Shown piece by piece: positions 1 to 11,790 of a stretch of 64,000 bases of DNA (the first letter of the stretch is position 1; each line of letters starts with the position of its first letter). The notes under the pieces were generated by a model. It was not told the DNA's origin, made no database searches, and worked only from the letters and a program-made list of their open reading frames with translations. The stretch is from Mobula birostris. Lineage: Eukaryota. The translations under genes were made by a program, and so were the position numbers. The DNA lies in the NCBI RefSeq assembly GCF_030028105.1, contig NC_092371.1, forward strand, positions 21,814,439 through 21,878,438, given 5' to 3'.

Positions 1-1388
1 TCTTAGAATCATAAAGTCACAGAGATTGTAACACTGAGATTGTCATGTGTGGTGCGCTGTGAAATGATATTTTAGTTGAGAAGATCTTCAGGGTGGTTTT
101 CTAGCTATCCCTACCTGAGGTAGGTGTGCCTGCCCCAGGACTGAAACGGGAACCAATTGATGTGAGGTGAATGTGATAGTGGCCACACTGAAGGGAAGAC
201 TAGAATGGAGGAAACAAAGAGACGACGTGAATCCCAAAAATCAAGAATTACTGATGTTACAGCATTGCTACTCCTCCGTCACGTGTGTTAAAGGACGCTA
301 GAAACTCACATTAGCCTAAGAAGCCATCTCCATTATCATCTTGGCACTAGACTAGATGCCATGATCTTACTTGAGAATGAACAATGAATGACAATCGTTG
401 ATGATGTTCATTCCTTGTTGGCCCTAGAAGTGTTCGGGAGAAGACTTCATTAAAGACCACATACCCAATACAGGCTTGTCTATAGCTTGCTCCTGTACTC
501 TTTCTTCTGGCCATCTGCTATTTAGGTCACATGCAACTTTTTCCCCTTGACGTATGACAGTCCAACAGCATCTTATATTTTTAATTAAGTTTCTAAATCC
601 CCTGGTCATTCTCTTCAAAGCAGTCTCTGTGATTTCTGGTACTGCAGCCAAAAGCCTCTTCTCAGGTGCTAAATGTGGTGTCCATCAGGACAGACCAGGC
701 ACTATGAACTTCTGTGGTTCTAATGGCTGGGACTCATCAAGCTATTGGTGTAGGACTGATTAGGAAGAGTTTTCTTTGTGGGATCCTTCAACATTGATTT
801 CCCTGAGGAAATAGTTCTGTTGTCATTGCCATGCAGCAGTCTGGTCCTTGGATGTGAATTCCTCCCAACCTGCTTGGAGATTGTGACATCTCGTTAAGTT
901 AAATAAAGGTGAATTTAGAGGAGAGAAATATCTACTAAATTTTAAAATTATATCATGTAATGTCAACCACTGCCTTTCTACACCAGAGATATTATGGAAC
1001 CAGAAAGTTACCAAAAAGCCTTTACACTACGAAACACAGGACCTTTTTTTGCACTGTTTAACAGATAATTTTTATTTTTTGATATTATACTCTAATCATA
1101 AACTTTGACATTTTTGTCTAATTGATAATTGATACAGAAACACTGTATTTTCTAGGCACACATGTGGATACTGATAATGAACTTCAACTCTTAGAAGACA
1201 TATCTAAGTTCCTTTACATAAGTTTAGCCAATTCACAATTCACACCACTGCACTTCCTTGCTACACATAGCTAGATTGTTTTCTGATACACTGGGCGTGA
1301 AGCACACACCCTTTTTTTTGACAGCAAATTCTGTTCCATTGAGTTTCAGACTGAACACAGTTAAGGTTATTTCAATATCATTTTGCAG

Positions 1389-1538
1389 CTATTGTGTGAA
1401 ATGCTTCAGATGCGAAGAACTGACACCAGAGGAAGTGACACAGTGAAAAACAATGCAAAGCTCAGTAATGAGACTGCTCTGCTTGACTACATGTATGTAC
1501 AATCAGGAACAAATGAACAAGACACTTCGCTCCCAAAG
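1389..1538 (+). CDS. Candidate internal coding exon of an unidentified host gene (LLCEMLQMRRTDTRGSDTVKNNAKLSNETALLDYMYVQSGTNEQDTSLPK)
   Basis: Pyrimidine-rich acceptor ...catttttgcag| and donor AAG|gtaatc. Exactly 150 nt, open in phase 0-0, in non-repeat sequence. Protein not recognised. Confidence 0.45.
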
Positions 1539-1692
1539 GTAATCCCATGCTAGAAACAACCCACTTGATCTTTTGATCAACAGATATATTCTGATCATGA
1601 ATTTATAAGATTCGTATACACATTTCATGACGAGGAGTGAAACTATGTAGAATTTGTTTTCACCCTGATACGTAAAATTCCTTTCATCTCAG

Positions 1693-1854
1693 AACTGTTC
1701 ATTTAAAGATTGTTATTTTTCCAATGAGCCTCCTTTCTTTTTAACCTCTGGTGGAAGCTTCATGGATAACCAGCCCCAGATAAATGAACCAAGAACTGCT
1801 ATTGACTCTGACGATGCGGTGGTCTTCTCAAGAGAGTATGCACACAGCAAGTAA
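1693..1854 (+). CDS. Candidate next exon (NCSFKDCYFSNEPPFFLTSGGSFMDNQPQINEPRTAIDSDDAVVFSREYAHSK*)
   Basis: Acceptor ctttcatctcag| 154 nt after the 1538 donor, open in the matching phase 0. Ends at TAA 1852-1854 or at a weak donor just before it. Confidence 0.3.
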   Translation, partial: NCSFKDCYFSNEPPFFLTSGGSFMDNQPQINEPRTAIDSDDAVVFSREYAHSK

Positions 1855-2184
1855 ACACGTACGATTTTATCAGAAAGCTGTTGCTCAATCTCCTTTGGCA
1901 TGCTTTTAAATGGTGGCGAAAAATATCCTTCCTTCTGAAACTTGATTACGTGAGCCACCTTCAGTTTCTGCCTGGGGCATTAGGGGCGCCAGAGTTCTGT
2001 TGGCCTGAAGCTACTGAGGATATATAAAGAGATTTTTATCTCTTGACCCAAAACATCAGCTATCCCTCTGCCTCCACAGTTGTTGCTTCAGAATCAGAAT
2101 TATTACTATTAACATATTTCATGAAATTTGTTGTTTTGCGTAGCAGTGCAGTACAATACATATGAAAGTAAGAAGGAGGAGGAG

Positions 2185-3425
2185 AAGATGGCGGTGCGAC
2201 GTAGCGCACGCAGCCTCTCTGGTGAAATGATATCGTATCTGTTAAATAGGGGCCGTGCGTAATCCTGATTTGATGGAGACAGCCTTGAGAGCACGGAGGA
2301 ACATCTGGAGAAATTTCTGAAATGCCCGGTTCGCTGCTGCTGCTACTGTGCGATCGAGAATCTCTGGAAGGAAGGCCCCAAAATCCTCAGCTTTGCCTGC
2401 TGCCGACGACCGGGACTGGGGTCGAAGCGGTCGGCAGAGATGGTGCTCGGTGCTCGGTGTCGGAGGGCTGGTCGGAGCTCAAAGTTTTCGGACGACTCAG
2501 AGTCGGACTGTGGTCGGTTATGGCACGGAGAGGTTTCTTCCTTCTCCCGTCTGCGTGAGATGTGGGACCTTCGAGTGACTTTGAACTTTTTTTACCGCAC
2601 CCATGGCCTGTTCTTCATCAAGTTATGGCATTGTTGCACTGTTGTAACTATATGTTATTGTACGGGGTCTTTCCTTTTTTTATATGTTAAATTTAAAATG
2701 GCTTCTTTGTTATGTTATTCTGGGGAATGCTTCTTTGTTATGTTAAACGCTGAGAAAGTCTCTAGCTAGACAGTTGCTTGGGTTAATACAGACAGCAGGG
2801 TGCTATTAGCCAATGGGTGGTCATGTATCGTTTTGTTTTCGGATGATAATGCTGTATCATATGACTGGGGACGGAGTTTTGGCGGGGAGTTGGAGGAGAG
2901 ACGGGGAGGACGGCGGACATGCGGAGAGGCTCCGGTTGATCACTTCGGGTGGTCCTGAGCTGTGAGTCGACAGGATCCGGGTGGTCGTCAGGAATCGATT
3001 GAGCTCCAACGGTTGTGCGCGAAGAACTTGGACTTCGATAAGTCTTGGTGCCTTTTTTTTCATTACTTCCTTTTCTGTATCGAATTTATATTAATGTCAT
3101 AGAATTAGTAATACCTATAAAGTGTACTTGGTAAAATATACTGGGTGTGCTGGCTGATGATTGATGTTTGGGATTGATTCGGGCAGCAACCGACTCCATG
3201 GGAAGCGTTGAGGCAGGTGCTGGGTGGGATTTCCCCTAGACATATACGAGCCAATATAACTGAGCGTTACATTATAATTATGTGGATTTTGTCAGTTTTT
3301 CAGTCTTGGTCTGTCCTGTGTTTTGGTGATATCACACCAGAGGAATATTGTATCATTTCTTAACGCATGTATTACTAAATGACAATAAAAGAGGACTGCA
3401 TGACCTCATAATCTAATCTAATCTA
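2185..3425 (+). mobile_element. Non-autonomous retroposon (family C), about 630 bp once the solo LTR is removed
   Basis: Starts AAGATGGCGG and ends aataaa...(aatct)n. Collinear homolog at 63089-63730. No coding capacity. Confidence 0.7.
2659..3271. mobile_element. Solo LTR (613 bp), probably Gypsy-type
   Basis: TGTA...TACA termini and 4-bp TSD ttat (2655-2658 / 3272-3275). The empty site tatgttataattatg is visible in the paralogous element near 63606-63622. Confidence 0.85.
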
Positions 3426-3441
3426 TTTAAAGTTACAATAA

Positions 3442-3464
3442 ATAGATAGATAGATAGATAGATA
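3442..3464 (+). repeat. (GATA)n microsatellite
   Basis: atagatagatagatagatagata. Confidence 0.9.
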
Positions 3465-5005
3465 ATTAGTGCATAAAGGGAGCAAAATAGTGAGGTAGTG
3501 CTCATGAGCCAGTCAGAGATCTGATGGCGGAGGGGAAGAAGCCACTTCACACTCCTGTAGCTCCTTCATGATGGTAGAAATGAGAAGAGAACATGTCTTG
3601 GATGGCAAAGATCTTCACTGATAGAAGCCGCCTTCTTGAGGCACTCTCTTTTGAAGATATCCTTGATAATGGGGAGGCTTGCGCCCTAATGGAGCTGGTT
3701 GCACCTACAACCCTCTGCAGCTTTTTTTGACCCTGTGCATTGGAGCCTCCATACCAGGAAACTGCTTGACAGTTTGCTTCATGCAAGAATTTTTTTTAAG
3801 AAACGAATTCTTTCCAGATATCCTTATCTTGCACTGCTGTAGGTAATTTAATCCCTCTTCAAAGCTTCTCCCAGATCCCCAGCCCCTTTCATGTTGAAGG
3901 GAGAAACAGTGCACCATTGTGGTAAGGGATCTCTTTGAAAATGTTTATCAAATCCCTCTGTGATTGTCTCTGCTTCAAAGACAGCAACCCCAGCTCGCCT
4001 GGTATCTCCATGTAACTGAAGTCTTGCATGTCTGGCACCAGACAAATCAATCTTGTCTTTAACTCACCCAATGCTTGACATGCTTTTTAAAATGTGAAAC
4101 CCAGATTTAAATAATTCTCCAGGAGAGTGTCACTTTCAAATTAACTAGTAATTATTGCTATGATTGAGAAATTAAACTGGAAAATATATTACAGCAACAA
4201 TTAAAATTATAATAAAGGACAGGCTGTAGACTAATCTGAAAAGTCTTTGTCAAGTCATGATGTGTATATTCTTAATGATGACCTAATATGATCTTTCATA
4301 TTAAGGAGCACTTCATACCATTCTTGATTTGAGGAAGGCCATACTGAATTACCTGAACTGTTCATCACTGAGATAATGCAAGTGTTTCTGTGAACAAACT
4401 TAAATTGGAGAGAAAATAGAATTTATGAACTTTTTGCTCAAAGTTTTTCAACACCGACCATCTTTGGTTACTTTGGTGACTACACTGCCAAATTGTTGAT
4501 GAAAATCTCATCTGTATTATCTTTCATATTTAAACAGACTTATCCATTTCACTGGCCACAATGAGAATGCTGCATTGAGGCCATAATATACCATCTCCTC
4601 CAATATGTTAGCAATCCTCATTTACGCATAGCACCACATCATCTTAATGCCTTGTTTCTCAGTTGCTGTTTGCATCAGTTACATTGACTATATTGTAACA
4701 ATTTTGCTCAATCTCCATATCTGTTTAATAATTTATCAACTTTGATTGAATTCTAGTTTACCTTTACAATAAGTTTCACCAGCCAGCAAGCAAGTATTAG
4801 CAGTAGTCAGGCATACCTCACAGTGAATGCTCATTTTCCCTATACGTCCCTGTGCATTGCATTAAGTGGGCATGTTTGGCTATATCGATGAATCTAACAT
4901 TAATCTATTTTGTTTTACTCAAACTCAACCTTTTAATTTTTGATTTCAACCCATGGTTTCAAAATAACTCAGAATTATTTTGTCAAAATAAATCAGAATT
5001 ATAAG

Positions 5006-5200
5006 CATGGGGAAACATGGTAATGTAGTGGTTAGCGCAATGCTTTACAGTGCCTGCTGTAAGAATAGGGTTCGATACCTGCCCCTGTGGGTAAGGAGTT
5101 TGTACGTTCTCCCTGTGACTGTGTGGGTTTCTCCTGGGTGCTCTGGTTTCCTCCCACATCCCAAAGATGTACGATTAGTGTTAGTAAGTTGTAAGCATAC
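5006..5200 (+). mobile_element. tRNA-derived V-SINE (HE1/DANA-like)
   Basis: A-box-like tagtggttag and B-box-like ggttcgatacc. V-domain gtttgtacgttctccctgtgactgtgtgggtttctcctgggtgctctggtttcctcccacatcccaaaga. Confidence 0.8.
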
Positions 5201-5587
5201 TCTGTTGGTACCAGAAGCACCAATATAACATGTCCACTCAAACCAAGAATGTCGTAAGCTGCGCCTTAATATGAAAGAATATATGCGGTAATTATTAGGA
5301 AGATTATACACATCACCACTTGATAAAGATTAGTCTACAACCTGCCCTTTCTTGCAGCTTTAATTGTTGGTGTGATGTTTTGCAATTTCGCTTGTAGATC
5401 TCAGCAGCAATTGCTAGGATTCTTGCTGATTTTATTTGATGCAAACAGTGCTTTTTACTCTATGTTTCAACATACATGTAACAAATAAAATTAATACAAC
5501 TAATCAATTATCTAACATGCTGCTCTTGTGACTTTGTGATTGAAGATTAGGAGCAAATAGGAAGTTGCTCTTTTAGTGAAAAATTAA

Positions 5588-7768
5588 AAGGTTGGTGATG
5601 GTGTGGGAGACAATGGCCTGATGCTCCTTAGTGGGGTCATGATCGAGGGATAAATAAGAAGAGGTATCAGTGAGTTGTTGCTGTGCCTCGGCAAGGTAGA
5701 GGTCAGTACCGACCATCACCAACATTATCAGCTCTGGAGATCTCCCATCCACTGTCACCAACCTTATAGTTCCCACAACCTGCACTTCCTGTTTCTACCT
5801 CCTACCCAAGATTCATAAACCTGCCTGTCCAGGTAGGCCCATTATCTCAGCTTTCTCCTGCCCTACTGAACTCATTTCTGCATACCTCGATCCTGTGTTA
5901 TGCCCCCTTGTTCAATCCCTTCCTACCTATGTTCATGACACTTCTCACGCTCTGAATTTTTTCAATGATTTTAAGTTCCCTGGCCCCCACTGCTTTACTG
6001 TCACCATGGATGTCCAGTCCCTATATACTTCCATCTCCCACCAAGAAGGTCTCAAAGCTGTCCGCTTCTTTTTGGATTCCAGACCTAATCAGTTCCCCTC
6101 TACCACCACTCTGCTCCGTCTAGTGGAATTAGTCCTTACTCTTAATAATTTCTCCTTTGGCTCCTCCCACTTCTTCCAAACTAAAGGTATAGCATGGTCA
6201 CCCGCATGGGTCCCAGCTATGCCTAACTTTTTGTTGGCTTTGAGGAACAATCCTTGTTCTAAACCTATACTGGTATCTGTCCCACGCTTTTCCTTCATTA
6301 CATCGACAACTGCATTGGCACTGCTTCCTGTACGCATGCTGAGCTTGTTGACTTCATTAACTTTGCCTCTAACTTTCACCCTGCCCTCAAGTTTACCTGG
6401 TCCATTTCCGACACCTCCCTCCCCTTTCTTGATCTTTCCGTCTCTATCTCTGGAGACAGCTTATTTACTGATGTCTACTGTAAGCCTAAGGACTCTCACA
6501 GCTATCTGGATTATTCCTCTTCTCACCCTGTCTCTTGCAAAAATGCCATTCCCTTCTCGCAATTCCTCCGACTCCGCTGCATCTGCTCTCAGGATGAAGC
6601 TTTTCATTCCAGGACGAGAGCGATGTCCTCCTTTTTTAAAGAAAGGGGCTTCCCTTCCTCCACCATCAACTCTGTTCTCAAACGCACCTCCCCCATTTCA
6701 CGCACATCGGCTCTCACTCCATCCTCCTGCCACCACACTAGTGATAGGGTTCCCCTTGTCCTCACCTACCACCCCACCAGCCTCTGGGTCCAACATATAA
6801 TTCTCTGTAACTTCTGCCACCTCCAACGGGATCCCAACACCAAGCACATCTTTCCCTCCCCCCCTTTTCTGTTTTCCACAGGGATCGCTCCCTATTCAAC
6901 TCCCTTGTCCATTCGTCCCCCTCATCCCTTCCCACTGATTTCCCTCCCAGCACTTATCCTTGTAAGCGGAACAAGTGCTATACATGCCCTTACACTTCCT
7001 CCCTCACCACCATTCAGGGCCCCAGACAGTCCTGCCAGGTGAGGCAACACTTCACCTGTGAGTCGGCTGGGCTGATATACTGCATCCGGTTCTCCCAACG
7101 TGGCCTTCTATATATTGACGAGACTCGATGCGGACTGGGAGACTGCTTTGCTGAACACCTACACTCTGTCCGCCAGAGAAAGCAGGATCTCCCAGTGGCC
7201 ACACATTTTAATTCCATGTCCTATTCCCATTCTGACATGTCTATCCACGGCCTCCTCTACTGTAAAGATGAAGCCACACTCAGGTTGGAGGAACAACACC
7301 TTATATTCCGTCTGGGTAGCCTCCAACCTGATGGCATGAACATAGACTTCTCTAATTTCCATTAATGCCCCTCCTCCCCTTCTTACCCCATCCGTTATTT
7401 ATTTATATTTTTCCCCCTTCCTTTCTCTCTCTTTTTTCTCTCTCTGTCCCTCTCACTATATCTTCCTCTGATGCTCTCCTCCCCCTTTCTCTCTCCCTAG
7501 GCCTCCCGTTCCGTGATCCTCTCATATCTCTTTTGTCAATCAACTTTCCAGCTCTTAGTTCCATCCCTCCCCCTCCTGTCTCCTATCATTTTGGATCTCT
7601 CCCTCCCCCTCCCACTTTCAAATCTCTTACTAGCTCTTCTTTCGGTTAGTCCTGGCCAAGCGTCTCGGCCCTCCTCCTGTAGATGCTGTCTGGCCTGCTG
7701 CGTTCCACCAGCATTTTGTGTCTGATGTTTGAATTTCCAGCATCTGCAGATTTCCTCCTGTTTGCGTT
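5588..7768 (+). mobile_element. Penelope-like retroelement (Neptune-type), frameshifted RT plus GIY-YIG endonuclease, with a 5'-inverted segment
   Basis: Motifs FYLLPKIHK..GRPIIS, MDVQSLYTSI, QTKG, YIDN (YIDD), Cys linker YPCKRNKCYTC and GIY-YIG LIYCIR..LLYIDET..EH. Segment ~5588-5708 is inverted. The 3' repeat has a broken hammerhead at 7648-7670. Confidence 0.9.
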
Positions 7769-7869
7769 TTTAAAATCAAACAAGATTACCTGCTAATCTT
7801 TAGCTAATTTATGACCGCAGACAACGCTCCTGAGGGATCGTTAATATGCTTTTTAAATGCTAATTTATC

Positions 7870-8260
7870 TCAGTCAGTTGCAGTCTTCTTGCTGAGTCTC
7901 ATATTGCTCTGTGATTTGAGCACCTAATCTGTTCTGACACATTAATGTAGTGTCAAGGGATTTGCCCAGATGAAATGAATTGCAGCTTGTTTGTGAAAGT
8001 CAACATAAAAAGACCATGATGCGACATAAACATAAGTAAGGAGTTTTCGTTGGTATCCTCGGCCAGGATTTATTGTTGAACAATGATCACTAGAAAGAGA
8101 TTAGTTGGTCATTCATTGCATTTTCTGCTTGAAAGACTTTGCTAGTTCTGGCTACTTTACAACAATAAATTTATGTTGAGGGAGTAATTTACTAGCTTTG
8201 AAACACTTTGAGGTAGCCTAGGGCGCTGAAAGCACTATCTAAGTACAATCTCTCTCTTTT
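7870..8260 (+). mobile_element. Ancient Deu-domain SINE remnant (SacSINE1/AmnSINE1-like)
   Basis: Degenerate match by eye to Deu SINE blocks: taaaaagaccatg, ggtatcctcggcca, tggtcatt..ttgc, ttacaacaat, aaacactttgagg, aaagcactatctaagtacaa. Confidence 0.5.
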
Positions 8261-9949
8261 ATTTTATGTTACTACTAAAACCTATTTGGAAGATATATTA
8301 AAGCCAAACTCATGATTTGAGGAACTGGTCTGCAGAGAATAAAAGGACCATTTAATGGAGATTGATTACTCAGATTAGTCAAGAACTCTCTTTCCATTAT
8401 GCCATATAACTTTTGGAATGGAAGTAAATAGAATCAGTGCCCAACAATTCTGGGAAAATGCCGAGTGTTAGCTTCGTGTACCTGGCCAGACCCCTCACTG
8501 TCTTCAAAGCCAAGCAATTCTACATTCCTGCATGTTGTCCCTGGCACTACATGTGGATGAGAGTGTGAAACCACCTTTACAGGCTCATAAAATTTAAACA
8601 GAAAGGGGCTAAATCTGATCTTTTTAATTTCAAAAATAAACATTATTTCAATACAAATACAATGGATTCTAGTTAATTGGGCTACTGGTTAATCAAAGTA
8701 GGCACTTATTTGGGACAACTTTTAAACAGCAAAATCAAATTGAGAAAATAAATTGGGGTTCTTGCCAAACATTGTAATTTGTGTCAATTGTGTTTACTTG
8801 TGGGACCTTAAGACATGATACCATGCTCAGAGTGACCAGTTTTTAAATGGCATCAAGTGAATGTGTTTGTATTCAAAAAGTAGTGATTTTTGTCCCTGAT
8901 AGCTGACAAAAAATAAGCAGTAAGAATTTTGCTCACTGAAGTTTCAAGTATTTAGACTTGGAGATGCCAGAAATGGCAGAGGGTGAAAATGAAACAATTT
9001 TCACTACTTAGCAAAATAGGAACTACTAAGAAATTGAAAGCATCAACAATAATCATGAATGTTATGATGAAAATGAAGATATCTTCTGGTCAAGATGGTG
9101 CCTGTATACAATGTTCTTTTGGTCGATATCTTCTGGATAGATCATGAAACCATCTTTTTCACTTCTTTTATGTCTTTTACATTTGTTTCTCATCTTGAAG
9201 GTGATTCTGGGACTGTTGGAGCCTGTGCTTAGCTGATTGGAGATTGTTTCTGTGCTTAGCACTCTGCAGACTCCAAGAGGATTCCGGGAGGCAGAGGCAG
9301 TATGTGGGAACCTTGTGACGAGAAGGCTGCAGGATGGTGCGCGAGCTGATGTTTGACCCCATTTTGCCAATTAATGCTTCCATTGTTCGCCAGTGAGGGT
9401 AAGTGAAACATCAAGGTGAGTGCGGAAGTTTGGAGATCGTTTGGGTACTTCATTGCTCTGCAGTCTTCGAGAAGATTCCAAGAGGCAGGGGCAGTGTGCG
9501 CGAACCTCATAGTGGGTAGGCTGCAGGATGGAGTGCAAGCCAATGTTCACAGTTTCAAAGGTACAAGTTAATGTCAGAGAAATGTAAACAATATACATCC
9601 TGAAATACGTTTTCTTCACAACCATCCACGAAAACAGAGGAGTGCCCCAAAGAATGAACAACAGTTAAATGTGAGAACCCCAAAGCTCCCCCCAGCTCCC
9701 CACTCCCGCGTGTAAGCAGCAGGAAGCAACAATCCCCCTTCCCCCTACCGGCAAAAATAAAGCAAGCATCATTACCGCCACTGAGCACTCAGCTTGAGCA
9801 AAGCAGTAGCAAAGACAAAGACTTGCAGTTACCCCAAAGACTTCGCGTTTCACCCGGTATTCGACATTCCTCAGGTTCTCTCTCTCCTAATAAGGGAGAA
9901 AGAGGTGTCTCCATTTTCCCAGCGAGTTGGGAGACATAACAAAAAACTT

Positions 9950-10158
9950 TTCTTTTTTTTTGGATCTTCCCCTCCCCCTCCAACTTTCAAATCCCTTACT
10001 CACTCTTCCTTCAGTTAGTCCTGATGAAGGGTCTCGGCCTGAAACATCGACTGCACCTCTTCCTAGAGATGCTGCCTGGCCTGCTGCGTTCACCAGCAAC
10101 TTTGATGTGTGCTGCTTGAATTCCCAGCATCTGCAGAATTCCTGTTGTTTGCGTTAAA
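9950..10158 (+). mobile_element. Short Penelope-like terminal-repeat insertion
   Basis: 14-bp TSD ataacaaaaaactt (9936-9949 / 10159-10172). Homologous to the 3' end of 5588-7768. Confidence 0.9.
10017..10052 (+). ncRNA. Minimal type I hammerhead ribozyme motif
   Basis: agtc CTGATGA a gggt ctcg gcct GAAACATC gact: stem I agtc/gact, core CUGAUGA and GAAA, stem II hairpin. Confidence 0.75.
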
Positions 10159-10844
10159 ATAACAAAAAACTTGCCGGTTTACGATGTTAAAAGTCTGTTA
10201 TGTCACTTTTTTCGAGTTCTGTGCCTGAAGATCTTAAAGATCCCGGTCCTCCAGACACAGAGCAGATATTCCAACTCCCCCGACGACAAACAGGTCTCCT
10301 GTCGTGACACCGACCCTTGATCCGCCTGTCTCCAGAGCCCAAAATCCTAGGTTTCCAAATTCGAGCCAGATTCTTAAGCTGAGCCTTTGGCATGCCGAAC
10401 AATGGCCAGTTATGGAACACATTCTTGCAAAGAAGCGTAGTCAGCGTGTAACTCCAGGTCAAGGGCTTCAAAAGAACCCTGAAAGGGAAAAATAGGGATA
10501 TTAAAGATGGAAATAGAGCTGTTTCCAAAGATGCAAGCAAAGAGGTCGCCGTTAGGCACCATTAACCCTCCTAAGCTCCGTTTGGCTCCATTTCGCCGAT
10601 TAAAGCAATGAGGAAGATTGAAGCATTGAAGCGAGTACAGAAGGTAAGTGCCAGTTACATGCCTTTTGATTGGTTGTTTTGTACCGGAGAGGGCAGGGCC
10701 TGCTGCTGTGGAGATTGTTGTCCAGGTTTTTATCTGCATTTTGGATTTGGACTTCGGACTATAGACTCTTTTTTTCCGTCTTATAATTTTTATATTCTGT
10801 GTTTTATTCACTTGATCTTCACAGTTTTTTTTTCTGCATGAAAA

Positions 10845-11125
10845 GGGATTGTGGGTCAATATGCCTGATCCATTTTGTTTGTTTTTTGTGCGAGTGAAGG
10901 GATTTAGGGGTTGATATGCCTGGTCCATTTTGTTTGTTTTTTGTGCGAGTGAAGGGATTTAGGGGTTGATATGCCTGGTCCATTTTGTTTGTTTTTTGTG
11001 CAGGTGGAGGGATTTGGAGGTCGATATACCTGATCTGTTTTGTTCATTTTTTTGTGTGGGAGGATGGATTTGGAGGGATCGATGTGCCCGATCCAATTTG
11101 CTTGTTTTTTTTGCGTAGGAAGCAG
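10845..11125 (+). repeat. 55-bp minisatellite, about 5 units
   Basis: Unit atatgcctggtccattttgtttgttttttgtgcgagtgaagggatttaggggttg starts at 10859, 10914, 10969 and 11024, then a more diverged unit at ~11081. Confidence 0.9.
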
Positions 11126-11790
11126 GATTTGTTTTTTTTGCGGGGGGAGGAGGTGAGTTTTGGGCATTGATGATTATACTGCCTTTCTTTTCTTTCTTGG
11201 TTTTATGGCTACCCGGAAAATTGAAGAATTTCAGAGTTGTATACTTTGATAATAAATGAACCTTTGAATCTTTGGAAGATGCAACCATCGAAAGAACAGT
11301 ATGAAGGCAAGGCAGTCGATTATCTGCATCATGAGTCTGGGCTGATTTTGTTCACCTACAGTCATTCAAAAGAAAGTAGCAGCATACACTAGGTGAATTC
11401 CTCCATCAATAATTATTAGAGATCAATACACAGTTTTATGGAGCTGTAGTAGTACTGGTAGTGTCCTAACTTGTTCTGTATTTCACTTAAATACGTAAGT
11501 TGTTACTCAGTTAAATAGTAGTCTGCTTTTTTTTATACCTTTTCAATAATTTCTATGAAACTGCAGCTAATTTGGGCATCTATTTAATTAGACCAAAATG
11601 TAGTGGGTCCAATGTACTTCAATTAACCAAAATCCACCATATATATAGAAGTGTAAATGCAGTGCAAAAGACTTTTGAACTTCTTATTGTCGTATCATTA
11701 ATATAATCAGGAGTGTTAGAAGGTTTTTTAAACTATAGCACCGTTGTCATTTGTGTGCCACTGAAGTAAAACACCCATTCCATGTTTCAG

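Larger units (their letters stand above)
2088..3790 (-). mobile_element. Degenerate 3' part of a Rex1/Babar-like LINE, interrupted by the 2185-3425 element
   Basis: Minus-strand translation 'VSWYGGSNAQGQKKLQRVVGATSSI' resembles the Rex1-type RT C-terminus. (ttctga)n-type tail at 2088-2100. Confidence 0.55.
9550..10575 (-). mobile_element. Non-autonomous retroposon (family B)
   Basis: Its 3' portion (9553-9880) is collinear with 16470-16800, and its tail matches 42785-42857. The 5' end reads ttaatggtgcctaacggcg on the minus strand. Confidence 0.65.
9081..11272 (+). mobile_element. Non-autonomous retroposon (family A) with internal repeats, interrupted by family B
   Basis: Begins ...caagatggtgcc and ends gataataaatgaacctttgaatctttg. 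Host sequence gaaaatgaagat/ttggaagatgca rejoins across it. Confidence 0.5.
8660..11639. mobile_element. Tigger/pogo-like non-autonomous DNA transposon hosting nested insertions
   Basis: Imperfect 21-bp TIRs: caatggattctagttaattgg versus the reverse complement of 11619-11639, tggtggattttggttaattga (15/21 identical). TA flanks on both sides. Confidence 0.55.

Noticed and set aside
5006-5085. tRNA gene
   Set aside because: The A/B-box-like head is followed by a V-domain and does not form a full cloverleaf. It is a SINE.
5895-6800. 301-aa ORF as a host gene
   Set aside because: The N-terminal part is Penelope RT. The rest is an out-of-frame read-through after a frameshift.
8434-8643. Exon-like open frames on both strands
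   Set aside because: Splice acceptors are weak and the strand is ambiguous, so it cannot be supported.
10845-11125. Regularly spaced repeats resembling a CRISPR array
   Set aside because: The units are contiguous tandem copies without unique spacers, the context is eukaryotic, and there are no cas genes.
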